Of a stretch of DNA of 64,000 nt, positions 60,751 through 64,000 are shown one piece after another. The notes under the pieces were generated by a model. That model did not search any database. It saw only the letters and a list, made by a program, of their open reading frames with translations, and was not told the DNA's origin. Numbering within the stretch: the stretch's first letter is position 1; the number at the start of each line of letters is the position of its first letter. This DNA comes from Heterodontus francisci (lineage: Eukaryota): contig NC_090399.1 in NCBI RefSeq assembly GCF_036365525.1, forward strand, positions 31,280,430 to 31,344,429. Reading direction: 5' to 3'. The translations under genes were made by a program, and so were the position numbers.

Positions 60751-63420
60751 GTTTAGCATATTTGTCAGGATCCTTGAGGCTCGGTCCCTGGTGCCTGGTC
60801 CAAAGTTGGCATCAGGGAGCACTTGAGTACATTTACTTTACCAACCAATAGATGGTGAGGTTGATGTTCGGGACGGGAAGCTGGCGGGCAAATTTGAGGA
60901 TGCGAAACGAAGAACGGGTCCACAGGTGGAATAACTAAAGATGGTGCAGCGCCAGGATCATGGTTCCTTGCGTAAAAGAAGAGGTTATATCATTCTCGGG
61001 GTTAACCAGGCAAAGTAGTGAACGTTTGTAGAGGAAGCGACAAGTCTGTTTCCACAGAGAGGACGTAAGAATGATCGGAGAGGACATGAGAGTTCCGTTT
61101 CCCATAAAGGAATGATCGTAGGGTCGCGAGAGATCCGTACCCACACAAATAGTGACAATAGTAAGGCTATAAAACATCAGCTATGGCAAATAGGATCCGA
61201 AGTGGGGACCCAAAGGGTCACTCACCAAACATTTGGCAGTCAAAAACAGGAAGACTTTAGATAAAGTCATCAAGAAGGTTGGGATCCCTCATGGACACAT
61301 TAAGAATGGTGGAATGAACATAAAAATTGAATAATTATATTATGCAAGTGTTATCTTACCATGTGTCAGTTTAGAAAGTCTGAATTAGCTAGGCTAACTC
61401 AGGAAAATAGATAGGTTACAAGTGTTAGAAGACTGAGAGCCAGAGTGGGAAAGTGAGAGATATCAGGCTGAGGTCAGAGGGACAATTTAAACAAGATGCT
61501 TTAGTGAAATTTAAAGTGAGTAAAAGCAAGTTACTGTGTCTTTGTTCGAGTCTGTATGAATGTTGGAAGCTTCCATGACTTTATGTCCTTGTCTGTGTAG
61601 CTTGTGTGCTGTAGAGCTATCAGTCGCTAACCCTTTGTTGTCTGGCTTTAATGTTGAAAATATGAGTCTGTTACTTGTTCTATTCTTGTACATGAATATT
61701 TCTTTGGGAACCTTGAGTCATGTTTTGAGTATGAACTAGTTGAACCTGTGTGTGCTCCTTGGGCTTGGGACTGGGAATTTAATACTGATTTTTAGTACTT
61801 TGAATGCATAACTCATTACAGGAATCAACATTTCTAAGTTGTTTGGAATTAAGAAAGTGTGAATGTGATAGCTGAGTGTGTTCATTTAGTCTAAGATTGT
61901 GCACCCAGAAATGGGATATAAAAACTGGTTTACATTTTCAATTAAAAATGCTGGTGTAGTGTTTTATATTTATTTTAAAGGTTTGTTTTGAAACTGTGGA
62001 AAGGCAATGCACAATTTTGTAAGTGATAAGCTTCAGCCTTGAAGGCTTGGAAATGCCTGGCAGAAATCCAATTTGAAGTTTTCAAAAAAGCTTTGCTTCA
62101 ATTGGACCAAAGTTTAAAATCAGCTATTGCTTTTGTTTGCAGTTTAAATTAAAGACATGTCTTACTGATTGTTAAAGGATGAATAATGGAAATACTGGAA
62201 GGCTTTTAAAGTTAGTTTAAGAGGCTGGTGTTAAATCTTCGTTATAATAATATTAAATAACCTTTTCTTTAGTTTTTGGTTTATTACAATCAACTGAAAA
62301 TGCGCCAGAAGAAAGAACATGAAAAGTGATGTAATTTACCTTTTCTTTTTAAAAAGTATGTGCTATTCTGTTCTGTGTGTAGTTCATATGCATTGGTTTG
62401 AATTAAATTCAAATTTTAAGGTTAACTGACCTGTTAAATTGAGAAAATTGGAATTTCATTAGTGATCACAATGAACTTTGAAGTTATCATTTCATGGTAT
62501 AACGGAGTATTTAATTCCTAATATAAGGCTTGCTCGTATATAACATTGGCTCTTTTGACTTGTAAATGTTTATTGCTGTGAATTTGAATTGGGAATCATC
62601 CTTGTTGTGTCAAAAAAATTATTGGATTAGGAACCTCTAACAAAATGTTAAAAGTTTGGAAACAATTGGGGTTCAATAGAAAATGCTGCCTTCCCTAATG
62701 GAGATGTTTTGAAGTTTAAAGGAAGATCAAAATCTTTAAAAAAGCAGTTTAAGTGGTTTCTATGAATACAGTGGATATGGGAAGAAATCAATGGAACATT
62801 AACAGAACCCTGTCATCCCAGCAACACTGTTACTTGAATTTTGAATAATTTTGAGCTGCACAAAGTCCAGTGCAATTCAGCAAGTTACGTTTAAAAAACT
62901 AAAATGTCATCTAAGATCAAGAACAAACAAATAAACGAAGGATAAAACATAAAATGTAATTGTCACGCTGTGTCATGAGCGCATAAGAGAGTGGGTGCGT
63001 GGTGCACAGCAGTCATGAGGAAAGATAAAGGATCTTAGAAAGTTGGCAGTAAATAATTTGGGGTGGTTTTACCATTTTAGGGTATTGTCCTGAACAGACT
63101 TAGACAGGAGTCAGGAAGAAAACACATGTGTTCATAAGCTTTGCTTTGGTGTATTAAATCAGTGTCCTGTTATTTCCTTGTCTGTGTTAGCTCCGACTGT
63201 GTCACCAGGCTAATGGCTTACTAACCCTCAGTGGTCCTGGTCCTGCATGATGGTCGAAAGTTTTGATAGCTGCATAAACTGCATGAGAAGTTGTTAAAGC
63301 ACACGTTTTGTTTTGGCAAGGGAAAAGAGAGAAGGGTTGCTTTAAGGGGGACGATAGGTAATGATACTCAGCATTGTCAATTCGATTGTTCCAGTTGGTG
63401 AAAAACTCAAGGGTCACATT
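60751..63420 (+). mobile_element. Decayed internal region of an LTR retroelement
   Basis: Directly follows the LTR and PBS; GC-richer leader then AT-rich non-coding sequence; no intact gag/pol; right boundary uncertain. Confidence 0.4.
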
Positions 63421-64000
63421 TCCGTGACGCCCCACGCTTGTGAGAGGCTGCTGTTTGAAGTTTCACAGATTTAAACAAAGGACCAAGACCACTGATGCAT
63501 TTTATTTCCTTTGTTTTGTTTTTTTTCATCTTAAGTTGTTAAGTTGAATGAGTGTTGCAGAAATTGTGTGGATAATGTATGTGTGTAACGTTTAATGTGC
63601 TTTCTTCCCTAAAGGGTGGTCGCACAAAAGATTTGTCAGCGCATTAAAAATAAGAAGGTATTTCACAATGAGGAATATGAATTGGATCAAAAGGAAGGTG
63701 TAAACAAGCTAAATGTTTAAGTTATAAGAGATTCGAGTTGCGACTTCTGGTCGACAGTCACAACCCGACTGTATTTTGATGAACGTGGGAATTTTAATCT
63801 AAAAACGTTCGCTGCACCCCCTTTTAGACGAGCAGAAAGTTAACCCTTTCCACTAGCAGTTGAAGCTGGCCATACAACTTTCAAAATTTATCGCAACAAG
63901 ATTGCTCAGAGGTTCAGGAATTTGATCAGACATCTACAATGAATTGAAGCTGATGAATTAAACGAAATTACTTTGTGTTGGTATTCTCACCTGAAATTTA

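Noticed and set aside
1-64000. CRISPR arrays or prokaryotic defence systems
   Set aside because: The sequence is clearly eukaryotic, and no regularly spaced repeat-spacer array or operon structure was seen

Overview
Repeat-rich, AT-rich vertebrate genomic DNA, almost certainly from a cartilaginous fish (shark-type CR1/HER1, L2/Crack-like, RTE and Tx1 LINEs, Penelope elements, SINEs, LTRs, a Harbinger remnant and a Helitron). I found no intact host gene; the recognisable protein-coding ORFs in the track are almost all transposon fragments. The unique DNA between the repeats is not featureless. Read by hand in six frames across stops and frameshifts, it resolves into a dense cluster of about 10-14 very compact, decayed immunoglobulin-superfamily receptor genes on both strands. 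They have leader exons, germline-joined VJ-type V exons resembling NKp30/NCR3 (YRGR, D-x-x-x-YYC, YGxGT-x-L, CEV-x-VLGLG), some C-type exons, TM exons with or without Arg/Lys, and cytoplasmic exons with ITIM- or ITAM-like motifs. Several genes are head-to-head, a ~1.65 kb unit is tandemly duplicated, and several exons are split by transposons. The V exons at 16429-16740 (-) and 19378-19711 (+), the TM exons at 15887-16027 and 26031-26141, and the ITIM exon at 10352-10465 are well supported. The other gene models are manual reconstructions of lower confidence, and repeat boundaries are approximate.
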